Positions 21,270 through 31,061 of a stretch of DNA of 64,000 nucleotides are shown one piece after another. The stretch spans positions 25-64,024 of the forward strand of contig DATJBJ010000083.1 in NCBI GenBank assembly GCA_035515395.1. The letters are read 5' to 3'. The notes beneath the pieces were generated by a model. That model saw nothing but the letters and a program-made list of their open reading frames with translations, did no database searches and was not told the origin of the DNA. Made by a program: the position numbers and the translations under genes. The stretch is from Methanoregula sp. (GTDB lineage: Archaea > Halobacteriota > Methanomicrobia > Methanomicrobiales > Methanospirillaceae). Each line of letters opens with the position of its first letter. The first letter of the stretch is position 1.

Positions 21270-21676
21270 CCGGCCTCCAGGACCGGATGCGTGTGGTGCA
21301 CCCGGTCTTAGCCTCCCGGTAGGGAGGGCCGGAACAATTAAGCATTCGGTCTCCCGTCCGGTCCGGCTCCCGGCAGTGCCGTTTCCGAATCCCTCGCCGC
21401 CGATTCAGAGAACGGAGGGAATCCCTGATGCCCGGACCTGAAAAATTCAAATTCGTCTGACGGATTATCCTTTGATGATGCAGCCTGGGAATTCGCTCCC
21501 TGATCGCAGCGGTATCTGCACGGAACAGGTATTCGATAAGGGCCGGCAGGAAACCCCGGTCAGCTCTCGATGCAAGGGGGCCGCTGCTTTGGGATCAGTA
21601 GCGGGACTTCCCGGATCTTCACTTTCGCCCCCCGCCCTCCGCCGGTTCATATGCCGGCACCCACACCGGTATTACC

Positions 21677-21844
21677 ATGGATACCCTGTATACCAGCTGC
21701 AGGATCAGCTGCCACCGGTGCGGCCATGAATGGACGTATAGGGGATCGAGGCTTGCAAGCCTCGTCCGGTCCCGAAGACCCGTCAGGGTGCAGTGCCCGC
21801 GCTGTCAGTGCCGGGTCGCCATGGAGGCGTCCAATGCTGTCTGA
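21677..21844 (+). CDS. Zn-ribbon microprotein (55 aa, absent from ORF track)
   Basis: MDTLYTSCRISCHRCGHEWTYRGSRLASLVRSRRPVRVQCPRCQCRVAMEASNAV; CxxCG...CPxC knuckles. Confidence 0.7.
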   Translation: MDTLYTSCRISCHRCGHEWTYRGSRLASLVRSRRPVRVQCPRCQCRVAMEASNAV

Positions 21845-22016
21845 ACCATGCTCCCTCGTTGTGGCCGGATGCGTGCCGGGCGTTGACCGGGAAAGGATCC
21901 GGAGGATTCGCGAACAGATCCAGCTCGTTTTCGGAAGGGAGAGCCGGTGGACCGACGCCGAGCTGGAGCAGCACTTCACCTTAAGCGATCGCGGGGAGCT
22001 GATCATGATCCTGTAA
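21834..22016 (+). CDS. hypothetical 60-aa protein, translationally coupled to the Zn-ribbon ORF
   Basis: GGAGG SD upstream of ATG; overlaps the upstream stop; MLSEPCSL...RIRRIREQIQLVFG..WTDAELEQHF. Confidence 0.6.
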   Translation: MLSEPCSLVVAGCVPGVDRERIRRIREQIQLVFGRESRWTDAELEQHFTLSDRGELIMIL

Positions 22017-22156
22017 CATGGGAGCAGTCGCCTGTGAATCATGGTGCTGCCGGATCTCCCGGCCGGTTCCGGTACAAAACCCCCCTTTACAGGCCTGACT
22101 GTTCCCGGTCTGCCGGCAAATCTCCCCGCCGGCGGCAGGAACGGGAAGAAAAATTA

Positions 22157-23386
22157 TCAGCTCTGTCTCCGCCGCAGAACTGCAGCGGAGACCAGGCCTG
22201 ATCCCGCAAGTAACCACGGGAACCCGGCTGATGCAGGAGTACTGGTTGCCGGGACAGAGGTAAACTGAGGTGAGCTTGCCGTCGGCAGCGCTGTTACGGT
22301 TGTCTCAACCGGTGGTGCCGGCGTTGCTGATGGGGCCGCCGTGCCGGAAATCGTCTCCTGTGTTCCCGGTGACGGCGCAAAGCCGTATACATACGATCCG
22401 TCGGTAGCAGCGACAAGGGAGCCATCGCCGCTCACTGCCACGGAATTGGACCCTATCTGGTTTGACACCGTATACGACCCAAGATCGTCGCCCTTCCGGT
22501 CGAACAGCCTGATCGTCTTGTCGAGGCAGCCCGCAGCGATCACGCTGCCGTTGTCGGAGACCGCAACACTTGCCGGCCAGTACCCGACACTTTTCGTCCA
22601 CAGGATGTTGTTATTGGCGTCGACGACAATGACCGAACCGTCGTCCCGTCCCAGGACGATGGTGGACCCGTCGCGCGAGTATGCCACCGCTGCGACGTTC
22701 CCGCCGGGTATGGTCCGGTCCCACAGGAGTGTGCCGCTCCCGTGATACAGCCGGAGGTGGTTGCCGTACGGGATCACAAACCCCGTTCCGTCACCGGAGA
22801 TCTCTACGAGATCGGGGCTGATGGTGGTATTGACCCAGAGCGGGACGCAGCTGATGTTGAAACTCCGTAAAGCCGAATCCGTCGTGACGATGAGCTGGTC
22901 CTTCGAAGGGGATATCCTGACATGCCGGACGATACCGGTGGAGTTGATGCCCAGCCCCACGCCGGAGTTGTACCACACCTGGATGGTATTGCCCCCGCCT
23001 GCCGCGATGATCGTCGCATCGGGGGTGATAGATACGTCCGAGACCATCGTCCCGAGGTACTGATCCCACAGCCGGGTCCCGTCCCTTGAGAAGAGCCGGA
23101 GATTCGTCCCCTGCGATGCGGCGATGTAACTCCCGTCCCGGCTGAGGGCGACTGTATTCCCGGACCATGCCGACCACAGTTTTTCCCCGGAAGGAGTAAG
23201 GGCCATGAGCTGGCCTCCGCCGGCCAGGACAAGGGAGCCGTCGTCCGGGATCGCGACGGTTGAAAGGGTCACTCCCGAAGCAGCCTTCACCTGCCACAGG
23301 GGGACAGCAGCAGCCGAAGCAGGCACCATTATGGCAGAGGCTCCGAGCGGGACGAGGAGAAAGAACACGATCCAGTGTTTATCCAT
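22157..23386 (-). CDS. secreted WD40/PQQ-like beta-propeller protein with PGF-CTERM-like anchor
   Basis: signal peptide; repeats of V.IS.DG..IAAG....LW; Thr/Pro linker; AGF + TM + RRR tail. Confidence 0.88.
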   Translation of the reverse strand: MDKHWIVFFLLVPLGASAIMVPASAAAVPLWQVKAASGVTLSTVAIPDDGSLVLAGGGQLMALTPSGEKLWSAWSGNTVALSRDGSYIAASQGTNLRLFSRDGTRLWDQYLGTMVSDVSITPDATIIAAGGGNTIQVWYNSGVGLGINSTGIVRHVRISPSKDQLIVTTDSALRSFNISCVPLWVNTTISPDLVEISGDGTGFVIPYGNHLRLYHGSGTLLWDRTIPGGNVAAVAYSRDGSTIVLGRDDGSVIVVDANNNILWTKSVGYWPASVAVSDNGSVIAAGCLDKTIRLFDRKGDDLGSYTVSNQIGSNSVAVSGDGSLVAATDGSYVYGFAPSPGTQETISGTAAPSATPAPPVETTVTALPTASSPQFTSVPATSTPASAGFPWLLAGSGLVSAAVLRRRQS

Positions 23387-23620
23387 GGTTTCACTGGCTT
23401 TTTATGGTGCCCGTAAGCACGATAAAGACTTCTGGCCTGTCTTTCTGCCGGATAAGACCGGCGTCCTGCATCAGGATGCCCGTATAAGGACGCAGGGAGA
23501 CCGATCGGTAACACCATGACAGTTGTTTTTCGGCAAGCAGGTGAAAGTGCCCGGCAAAGGGCTCCGAAGAAAAAGATAAGACGGCAAGGCCCGCACCGGG
23601 CTGCTTCCCCAAGATCCGTG

Positions 23621-24826
23621 TCAGGCGCCTGCCGCGGCCTCCTGCCTTACACCCCGGGTGGTGATGAAGAGGAGGACCGTTCCCCCCGCCGCGATAGCCG
23701 CGGCTACCATGAAGCCTGCGCTGTACCCGACAAACGTCCAGATGAACCCGATCATGACGCTCGAGACGAGGTCGCCGACGCCGTTCATGGTCGCGAGGGC
23801 GCCGAAGCCGAGCGCCCGGGACTCTTCGTCCACCATCTCGCCGGCGAGGGCCCCTTCGAGTGTGTCTTCGGCCGCGATGAACAGCCCGCACATCCCGAAG
23901 AGGATCGCATACGGAAGGATACCGGAGGGTGCAAGGATGAAGCCGATGAAGGTTGCGGCCGCGACCGCGTACCCGATGACAAGCATCGGCCTCCGGCCGA
24001 CCCGGTCACCGAGTGACCCGAAGGGGTACGATGCAGCAGCATAGACGATATTCCGGACCAGGTACAGCCCGGCGCCGGCAGCGGTCGCGACCGTAAACCC
24101 GAGCGACGGGGTGAGGCTGACGATGGCAAAGGCGATGAGCAGGGTCTGGGAGAAGTCGGCGATCCCAAAGACGAGGACGGCGCCGAGGAAGGCCTTGAAC
24201 CGGGAAGGCAAGCCCGACAGCGATGCGGCGAGCGGCCGCGGGTGCTGGCGGGGGGCCGGGTTCTTCTCGCGCAGGAAGAGCCAGACGACGATGAGGCCGA
24301 TAAACCCCGGTATCACCGTGAGCCAGAAGATTTCCCGGATCGCGACCGAGGAGACCAGCACAAGCGCGAGGGCCGGGCCGGCGATCGCCCCGAGGGTATC
24401 CCCTGCCCGGTGGAACCCGAAGGCCTTGCCGAGGTCTTTCTTCTCGACCGAGTTTGCCATGATCGCGTCACGGGACGGGCTGCGGATCCCCCTGCCAATC
24501 CACCCGAGGAGCCTCCCGCCGAGCACCATGAACCAGGACGATGCGACCGCGATAAAGGCCGGGAAGACAGCGGTCGCAACGGAGCCTGCGAGTGCGAATT
24601 CCCGGCGCTTTCCGAGCTGGTCGGCAAAGTAGCCCGAGAAGAGCTTGACGAAACTGGATGCGCCATCGCTCAGTCCCTCGATGATGCCGAGGGCAAAGAC
24701 CGGGGCGCCCAGGATGATGAGGAACGAGGGGAGGAGGACGGTGACGGACTCGTACCCGAGGTCGCCGAAGAAACTCGCGATCCCGGCGCCGAGTACCGTC
24801 CTGTTCAGCCAGGGTGGCCACTGCAT
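23621..24826 (-). CDS. MFS transporter
   Basis: SGYFADQLGKRR and GSLGDRVGRR motif A; GKAFGFHRAGDTLGA; 12 TM. Confidence 0.92.
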   Translation of the reverse strand: MQWPPWLNRTVLGAGIASFFGDLGYESVTVLLPSFLIILGAPVFALGIIEGLSDGASSFVKLFSGYFADQLGKRREFALAGSVATAVFPAFIAVASSWFMVLGGRLLGWIGRGIRSPSRDAIMANSVEKKDLGKAFGFHRAGDTLGAIAGPALALVLVSSVAIREIFWLTVIPGFIGLIVVWLFLREKNPAPRQHPRPLAASLSGLPSRFKAFLGAVLVFGIADFSQTLLIAFAIVSLTPSLGFTVATAAGAGLYLVRNIVYAAASYPFGSLGDRVGRRPMLVIGYAVAAATFIGFILAPSGILPYAILFGMCGLFIAAEDTLEGALAGEMVDEESRALGFGALATMNGVGDLVSSVMIGFIWTFVGYSAGFMVAAAIAAGGTVLLFITTRGVRQEAAAGA

Positions 24827-24961
24827 GCGGTACCGGTATCGCGGGAGACCCAGATAAAAACAAAGGTTTTTGCTCCGGCTTATTGTTCCGGGACACCGGT
24901 ATCCGCATACAGGCACGTCCGGTGCGGCTCCCGGGACTGGCGGGATCGGAGCGGAGGCCCG

Positions 24962-26560
24962 TCAGGACGAGGGGACCGCTTTCCTGCGCCCGGGAATCTC
25001 GTTGACCGTGCCGGTGATCCGGAGAGGGCGGTTGTTCGCGTCCAGCTCGATCATCTTCCCGCGGATGGACACCCACTTCCAGGTGCCGTCGGCACACCTC
25101 GCCCGGAACTCCGTCTCGAAGAGGGGTGCCGTCCCCCGGAAATGCTTCCGGAAGGCGACGAAGATCCCGGGCATGTCGAGGGGGTGGACGAGCTGGATGC
25201 CCCGGTAGAGCGTAATGGTAGAACCTTCCACGGAATACCCCAGCACCCGGTTCATCCACTCGCTGAGATCGTAGATCGTCTGGTCGACCAGGTTGACATC
25301 CCAGATCCCGATGTCCCCGGCCTTCATCGCGAGCTTGAGCCGCTCCTCGCTCTCGTGGAGGGCCTGCGCCACCTTCTTCCGCCGGGTCAGGTCGATGATG
25401 ACCCCGCGGAGGCCTACGGTCTCTTTCGTCTCGGGGTCCGTGATCTTCCCGCCGTAGATGAGGGCGGGGAATGTGCTCCCGTCCTGCCGCTGGAGCAGGT
25501 ACTCCTGCCCGCCGCCGCTCGATTCGGCCATTGCCTTCCGGATGTCCCGGGCTGCCCGCTCCCTGTCCTCCGGGAAGATGTAATCGAAGATGCAGATCTT
25601 CTTTACGCGTTCTTCCTCCGGGATGCCGAACCATTCGAAGGCAACGGTATTTGCAAACGTGAGGGTGCCGACAAGGTCCATCTCGTAGATGGCCACGGGG
25701 ATCAGGTTGGCAAACCCGAGGCTCATCTCCCGGGACACGCCGAGATCGTGCTGGATCCGGTGAAAATCCGAGACATCCCGAAAGCTCTGGATGGCACCGG
25801 TCACGTTCCCGCGGGAATCGTAGAGTATGCTCGCCGATACCGAGACATAAGCGCCCCTTCCCCCGTACAACGACGGGAGGAACCCCTCCCCTTTCAGGCT
25901 CTTCCCGTTCCGCTCGAAACCGGGGCCTTCCGCGGAACCGTTCATCGCCGGGTCGCGGAGGAGATTGTCCATCAGGATCGGCCTTGCCTCGCCGTAAAAC
26001 GGGACCGCGTACTCGTAATTACCCCTCCCTATCATGGAGTCGCGGGCGATACCGGTCATCAGCTCGATCGCCCGGTTCCACGCGATCACCCGGCCGCTGT
26101 TATCGATGACACAGGTCGCATCGGGAAGGAAATTGATGATGTCGATGAGCTGCTGCTGGGACTTTTTCAGGGCCTCTTCGATCTGTCGCCGTTCGATTGC
26201 CCGCTGGAGCTTGTGCTTCAGTTCCGCGATCATCCCGGGGAGATCCGGCCCTTTCTGGATGTAGTAATCGACCCCGTTGTCCAGCGCGTCGATGACGATC
26301 TCCTCGCGGCCCTTCCCGGTGAAGAGGAGGAAGGGGATATCGCCGTACTGACGGCGGACGGCTTTCAGGAATTCAATGCCGTCCATGCCAGGCATCTGGT
26401 AATCCGAGAGGATCGCGTCGTAGTTCCGGCAGCCTATCCGGCCAATGGCCTCTTCAGCGGACTGGATGGTATCGACCGAGAATTCGCCGTCCTTCTCGAG
26501 GTAGATCCGGTTGAGATCGAGCAGGTTCAGATCATCGTCGACGTACAGAATAGAATGCAT
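24962..26560 (-). CDS. response regulator receiver plus three PAS/PAC domains, no output domain
   Basis: ILYVDDD, SDYQMPGMDG, FTGKG, YIQKG; PAS/PAC motifs (WN.AIE.MTG, VHP.D, WKWV). Confidence 0.9.
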   Translation of the reverse strand: MHSILYVDDDLNLLDLNRIYLEKDGEFSVDTIQSAEEAIGRIGCRNYDAILSDYQMPGMDGIEFLKAVRRQYGDIPFLLFTGKGREEIVIDALDNGVDYYIQKGPDLPGMIAELKHKLQRAIERRQIEEALKKSQQQLIDIINFLPDATCVIDNSGRVIAWNRAIELMTGIARDSMIGRGNYEYAVPFYGEARPILMDNLLRDPAMNGSAEGPGFERNGKSLKGEGFLPSLYGGRGAYVSVSASILYDSRGNVTGAIQSFRDVSDFHRIQHDLGVSREMSLGFANLIPVAIYEMDLVGTLTFANTVAFEWFGIPEEERVKKICIFDYIFPEDRERAARDIRKAMAESSGGGQEYLLQRQDGSTFPALIYGGKITDPETKETVGLRGVIIDLTRRKKVAQALHESEERLKLAMKAGDIGIWDVNLVDQTIYDLSEWMNRVLGYSVEGSTITLYRGIQLVHPLDMPGIFVAFRKHFRGTAPLFETEFRARCADGTWKWVSIRGKMIELDANNRPLRITGTVNEIPGRRKAVPSS

Positions 26561-26942
26561 AAAAAAGTTCCCGCCCCGCTGCCAGCCTGTCCGATCGTCC
26601 TGCACTCATACCGGACCAAAGTTCAGGTGATATATTACAGGATAAATACCATATATGCGTTTTGATTTAATTCCGGTGTTTTTGTTATTGGCTCAAGAAT
26701 TTCCAATCATATTCGCAGAACAATATCTTTTTCCCAGCTTCGAATTTAGAAAGGTATATATTTGAAATACAAAATTTGATGGCCCGGGTTAATCGCAACC
26801 GGTTACAACAGCACGGCGATCGGGTGTGGGAACAGCCTGTCCGGGTATAAAACGGGAAAAACGGAGCCGGGAACCGGGTGCGTGGACCGGATTCGGGGCC
26901 GGCCTGCCGGTTGATGGTTACCGCCTGCTTCGTTCCTCTGTC

Positions 26943-27503
26943 CTATTTCTTCGGATACCTCTGGCCGATCGAGAACGCCTTTCCCGCAGACTTCCCGATC
27001 TGCCAGTAGGCCATCTGGGCGTACACCAGCGGATCGATCTTTGCGACATCCGGTTTCCCGTCGGTCGTGCAGGTCTTGTCCGCGTGGATCTCCACGACTT
27101 CCCCGATGTAGAGGACGTGGCTGCCGCAGTCCACTGCCCTGAAGACCTGGCATTCGATGTTGACCGGGCACTCCACCGCCATGGGCGCGTTTTTGAGTTT
27201 GCCGTAGAACGACCGGAAGACCTTCGACTTGTCCGCCTGCGACCCGGATACGAGGCCGCAGTGGTCCGTTTCGACTGCCTGCCCGGCGGACGGTACGTTG
27301 AGGCTGAACATCTTGTTCTCTTCAATTCCCTGCGCCGTGTACCGGGCATGGTTGACGGCCACGCACACCATCGGCGGCGCCATGCAGGCAACGGTGGCCC
27401 ATGCCGCGGTCATGTAGTTCGGTTTTCCTTTCACGCTCGCGCCCACGAGAACGGCAGGCATCACGCTCATCCACGGCATCGCGCCGACGGTTACCTTCTC
27501 CAT
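26943..27503 (-). CDS. flavin reductase family protein (flavoredoxin-like)
   Basis: GKPNYMTAAW, FSLNVPS, CGLVSG, APM..ECPVNIEC, GSHVLYIGEV. Confidence 0.9.
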   Translation of the reverse strand: MEKVTVGAMPWMSVMPAVLVGASVKGKPNYMTAAWATVACMAPPMVCVAVNHARYTAQGIEENKMFSLNVPSAGQAVETDHCGLVSGSQADKSKVFRSFYGKLKNAPMAVECPVNIECQVFRAVDCGSHVLYIGEVVEIHADKTCTTDGKPDVAKIDPLVYAQMAYWQIGKSAGKAFSIGQRYPKK

Positions 27504-27662
27504 AGTTATCCGGCACTTGGTTGGCAGCACCGGATATTATACTGAACGGTCGGCCGGACCGGTGAGGCTTCCGGAAATTCCCGGAGATTCTCCGGGGCAT
27601 GGCGATACATTTCACATCATTTAATAACCGGTACTGTAAATTTTCTGCCGGTGGGATATTCT

Positions 27663-27965
27663 ATGGCAACAACACCGTACATGATCAAAAGTTTTGGCAT
27701 TGTGAGCGTCGCGAAGTTCTTCGCCATCTTCGGGCTGGTCTGGGGATTCTTTGCCGGTCTCATCCTCGCCCTCGGCCTTGGCGGGATAGGGTCCGCGATG
27801 GGGGCGCACGCGCTCGGGATCGGGGCGGGGCTCGTCGGGTTCGTCATCATGATCATTCTCGGCGGGGTCTTCGGGTTCATCGGCGGGGCCATCGTCGCGA
27901 TCGTGTACAATATCGTGCTCGGGGCGATAGGAGGAGTCGAGATGGATCTTGAGGCGAAGCAGTAG
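27663..27965 (+). CDS. small membrane protein (DUF3566-like)
   Basis: IKSFGIVSVAK...GFIGGAIVAIVYN....IGGVEMDL. Confidence 0.8.
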   Translation: MATTPYMIKSFGIVSVAKFFAIFGLVWGFFAGLILALGLGGIGSAMGAHALGIGAGLVGFVIMIILGGVFGFIGGAIVAIVYNIVLGAIGGVEMDLEAKQ

Positions 27966-28117
27966 GAAACTTTTTTTTAGGAAATTACCCGCAGGTTCCA
28001 CCTGCGGTGGCGCCGGTGGTGCGCCGTGATGCCGGGATTGTGCGGGAAATGTAACGGACGACCGGTGCGATCCAGCTCCGTAACGCAGCCGCTTCCTTCA
28101 ACCCCGTTGATGCGGGC

Positions 28118-28777
28118 TTACTCCTGCGTCTTTTTTTCGTGTGCCTCCGCCCTCCGGCGGCTGATCAATGACAGGACCCTGGCAGCCACGGGGACGATCA
28201 TGTAGGCGTAGAACGAATTCGAAGGCGTGAAAAATGAGATAGCAATCGCGGTGCAGGCGGAAACAATGATATTGAACCCCCCGAGCGTGACTTCCCGCTC
28301 CTGCAATGCCGGAGGCAGGGTCCCGTCGAGGACCGGGTGCCGGAGGAGGTACTGCCACTGGACGAAGAAGAGGAGACCGAGGAAGAGCAGGTTCGCATGA
28401 AAGAAGACGGTTGCGATCTGGACATGCGAATAGTCTCCGGACAGGTTGGTGGTGAACGGCACCAGCACCACGAAGACGAGGATGAGCAGGTTGATCCAGA
28501 GCAGGGGCCGGTCGACAACGCGGAGGTAATGGAAATGCTTGTGATGACCGACCCAGAAGCTGGCCAGGACGAAGAAGGCGATCAGGAAACTGAGGAACTG
28601 CGGGGCCATCGACGCAAGGTACGGCGGCAGCTCGGCTGCTGCCTCGGTCTTCGGGATCGTGGGGACGGTGAGGCTGATGACGAGAAGGGTCATCGCGAAG
28701 GCGAACACCGCGTCTACGAGCGCCTCGAGCCGGCTCTTGGAGATGTAACTCTCCTCCCCCAATGCCTCTCCGTCCAT
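28118..28777 (-). CDS. TMEM175 family (DUF1211) ion channel
   Basis: RLEALVDAVFAFAMTLL, FWVGHH..F, LLWINL..L..V.LVPFTT. Confidence 0.9.
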   Translation of the reverse strand: MDGEALGEESYISKSRLEALVDAVFAFAMTLLVISLTVPTIPKTEAAAELPPYLASMAPQFLSFLIAFFVLASFWVGHHKHFHYLRVVDRPLLWINLLILVFVVLVPFTTNLSGDYSHVQIATVFFHANLLFLGLLFFVQWQYLLRHPVLDGTLPPALQEREVTLGGFNIIVSACTAIAISFFTPSNSFYAYMIVPVAARVLSLISRRRAEAHEKKTQE

Positions 28778-29075
28778 GATGAAAGGTACTACGAGCAGGA
28801 TGTACGTAAACCTTTGGAGATTTTTCCTCCCTGCCCTGCATCAGAATTCACGACGATCGGGTGTTGGTTCACCGGATCGCTCGTCCGGATCGGATCCGGG
28901 ATCTGGTTTGGTACCTGCACGAAAGATTACTGAGCTGCATCATCCCCCCGGCTTCAGTGAATCAAGCGGCCACGCAAAACCCGCCGATCCGGACAAGCCG
29001 GAGATCGACTCCGGAAAATCCGGTGCGGTACAAAATCTTCACGCCGGAGAAATAGATCTTGTGTAAGTTGTACAC

Positions 29076-29105
29076 CCAACTGTTGGATAATTATCCAACG
29101 GTTGG
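29076..29105. repeat. 30-bp nested palindrome CCAACTGTTGG-ATAATTAT-CCAACGGTTGG
   Basis: self-complementary with one mismatched pair; each 11-bp arm is itself palindromic. Confidence 0.85.
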
Positions 29106-29555
29106 CACGCTGACTAACCACCCTCCAGCTGCGTCTGAAAAGATGCCGGCACCGCGTCCTCCCTCCTGACTATTTTTTCAGCCGGCCCGGACGATCGGAT
29201 GGTGGTTTGTTTCGGGTGTGTTTCCGGGCCGGAATTTTTCGGGATCATTGTGATCGATCTGCATCACTGCCGGGTTTGATCTTTGTGAACGCGGTGCATC
29301 TGGTGAGCTGATTTGCACCGTTTTTTATATGAAGGGCTTGGCATGATGGCTGAACAACCGTATGGTCGATGGTTCTTCTTTCAGTTCACAATTTGGGAAA
29401 ACGATAACCTACGCGCAAAACGACCTGAAGGTATGTCTTCCCGGATCGGTCCTTATGTGCGGCGAAGGCACACGAAAAGAGAGCCATGAGGCTCTCTTCG
29501 CATAGGCGACGACTTGAAATGGTATATAAAATTCTCTAAAAAAAAGTATCGCTTT

Positions 29556-30737
29556 CTAAAAGTCGGTCATGACCCTGAACTGGTCGATCTCTTCCCGGTT
29601 CAGCTGCTCCAGGAACTCGTCAGCCGCGTGCCCGACATCCTTCGATGCGGTGATGGCACGACCGACCACGAGAATATCCGCGCCCGCCTTCAGGGCATCC
29701 TTGACGACATTGGTGCGGATACCGCCGGCCGTTGCGACGAGCAGTTTCCCGCCGGCCGCCTTCTTGATCGCCGGGATGTCGCCCCATGCGTGGGCCGAGT
29801 CCTCGACATCGATCGCACGGTGGAGTTCCACGATGTCGGGCTTGACTTTCAAGGACGAGACGACCTTCGCCGGGCTCTGGACGTTGAGCATGTCGATGAT
29901 GGAGTAGATGCCCACCTTGCGGGCCTCGGTGATCGCTTTCTCCATCGTGGAGACGGGGGCGAGGCCGGAGATGACGACCGCGTCGGCGGTCGCGTCTGCC
30001 GCCATCCGGGCTTCGAGGTTGCCGGTATCGAGGATCTTGAGGTCGGCGATGATGAAGGCGTTGGGCTTGTACTTCCGGATCTCGGATATGACCGAAAGGC
30101 CGAACTTCTTCACGAGCGGGGTGCCGGCCTCGATGATGAGGTGGTCGTTCTCCGGGAGTTCCTTGAGAACCTGGGCGACACGGTTCATGTCCACGAGATC
30201 GAGGGCGACCTGAAGGTACGGCGGGTCCCAGAGGCGCTGGACCTTGAAGCCCATGATGGCGTGGGCGGCACGGTCCTTCTCGTAGATGAGGGTCTTCCTG
30301 TCCGGGAACGCCCCCATCGCCCGGGTGATGGCGAGCTTCGTGGCGCCATAGTTGTACCGGTACAACCGGTTGTAGTCCTTTGCGGCAGGGTGGACGAAGG
30401 CCGATGCGAGGATGACGAGGCCCTCGATGTCGGATTCGCCGAATGCACCTTCTTCGACGCTGTCGGCGACCGCCTTTGCGACTGCGGCCTGGACGGGGCC
30501 GAACATCTCGTTCACCTGCGGCATGGTCTTTAAGGTCACCTTCGGGATGACGAGCGTGACCGGCTTGGTCAGCAGGTTCGGGCGGACTACCGCGAGGAGC
30601 GGCGTGTGCCCGGCCGAGAGCTGCGAGACCGCGTTTGCGAACGCCGTTCCCACCGGCCCTTCCTTATCCCCTACGAGGAGATCGATGTGCGCCAGTTCTG
30701 CGCCATCGCCAACGAGTGCTTCTCCGACTAAATACAT
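29556..30737 (-). CDS. fae-hps: bifunctional formaldehyde-activating enzyme / 3-hexulose-6-phosphate synthase
   Basis: VGEALVGDGAELAHIDL, FGPVQAAVAKAV; LQVALD, EAGTPL, IADLK.LD, VVGRAIT. Confidence 0.95.
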   Translation of the reverse strand: MYLVGEALVGDGAELAHIDLLVGDKEGPVGTAFANAVSQLSAGHTPLLAVVRPNLLTKPVTLVIPKVTLKTMPQVNEMFGPVQAAVAKAVADSVEEGAFGESDIEGLVILASAFVHPAAKDYNRLYRYNYGATKLAITRAMGAFPDRKTLIYEKDRAAHAIMGFKVQRLWDPPYLQVALDLVDMNRVAQVLKELPENDHLIIEAGTPLVKKFGLSVISEIRKYKPNAFIIADLKILDTGNLEARMAADATADAVVISGLAPVSTMEKAITEARKVGIYSIIDMLNVQSPAKVVSSLKVKPDIVELHRAIDVEDSAHAWGDIPAIKKAAGGKLLVATAGGIRTNVVKDALKAGADILVVGRAITASKDVGHAADEFLEQLNREEIDQFRVMTDF

Positions 30738-31061
30738 GGAACTCTCCGTTATCGTTGCTATTATAGAACCGTTAGCTATGATAAAGTTGCGAAACGAAAA
30801 TGACGCCCTGAACGGTTGGCGGGAACCGGGGTAATGGCAGGTGACAGGCCCTCCGCAGGGTGACAGGAGTTGTCTTTAAAAAATCCCTGGCTTTGGCGGT
30901 GGTTCATCACCTGAGGGTTTGTCCGGATGAACCGCTCCGGCGGCAACGTTTAATTAAGACCGCGTGAATCCGAGTACCGGGACACGCCCTGCCCCACGGC
31001 AGCCGGTGCGGGAGCCGAAGAAGATGACGCCCGGAAATAGCGGCTGCCCGTCCGTTTAAAA

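Noticed and set aside
24242-26665. 807-aa plus-strand ORF and similar long antisense ORFs (e.g. 3645-4739, 11956-13065, 44703-46250, 58942-60711, 60849-62183)
   Set aside because: Shadow frames of GC-rich genes on the opposite strand; no motifs
29470-29500. SECIS-like hairpin near a TGA
   Set aside because: No selenoprotein candidate nearby, and Sec decoding is not known for this order
30840-31055. Hairpins (GGTTCATC/GATGAACC, GGCAGCCG/CGGCTGCC) as possible SRP, RNase P or other ncRNA
   Set aside because: Lack SRP and RNase P conserved motifs; plausible by chance at this GC content or as terminators
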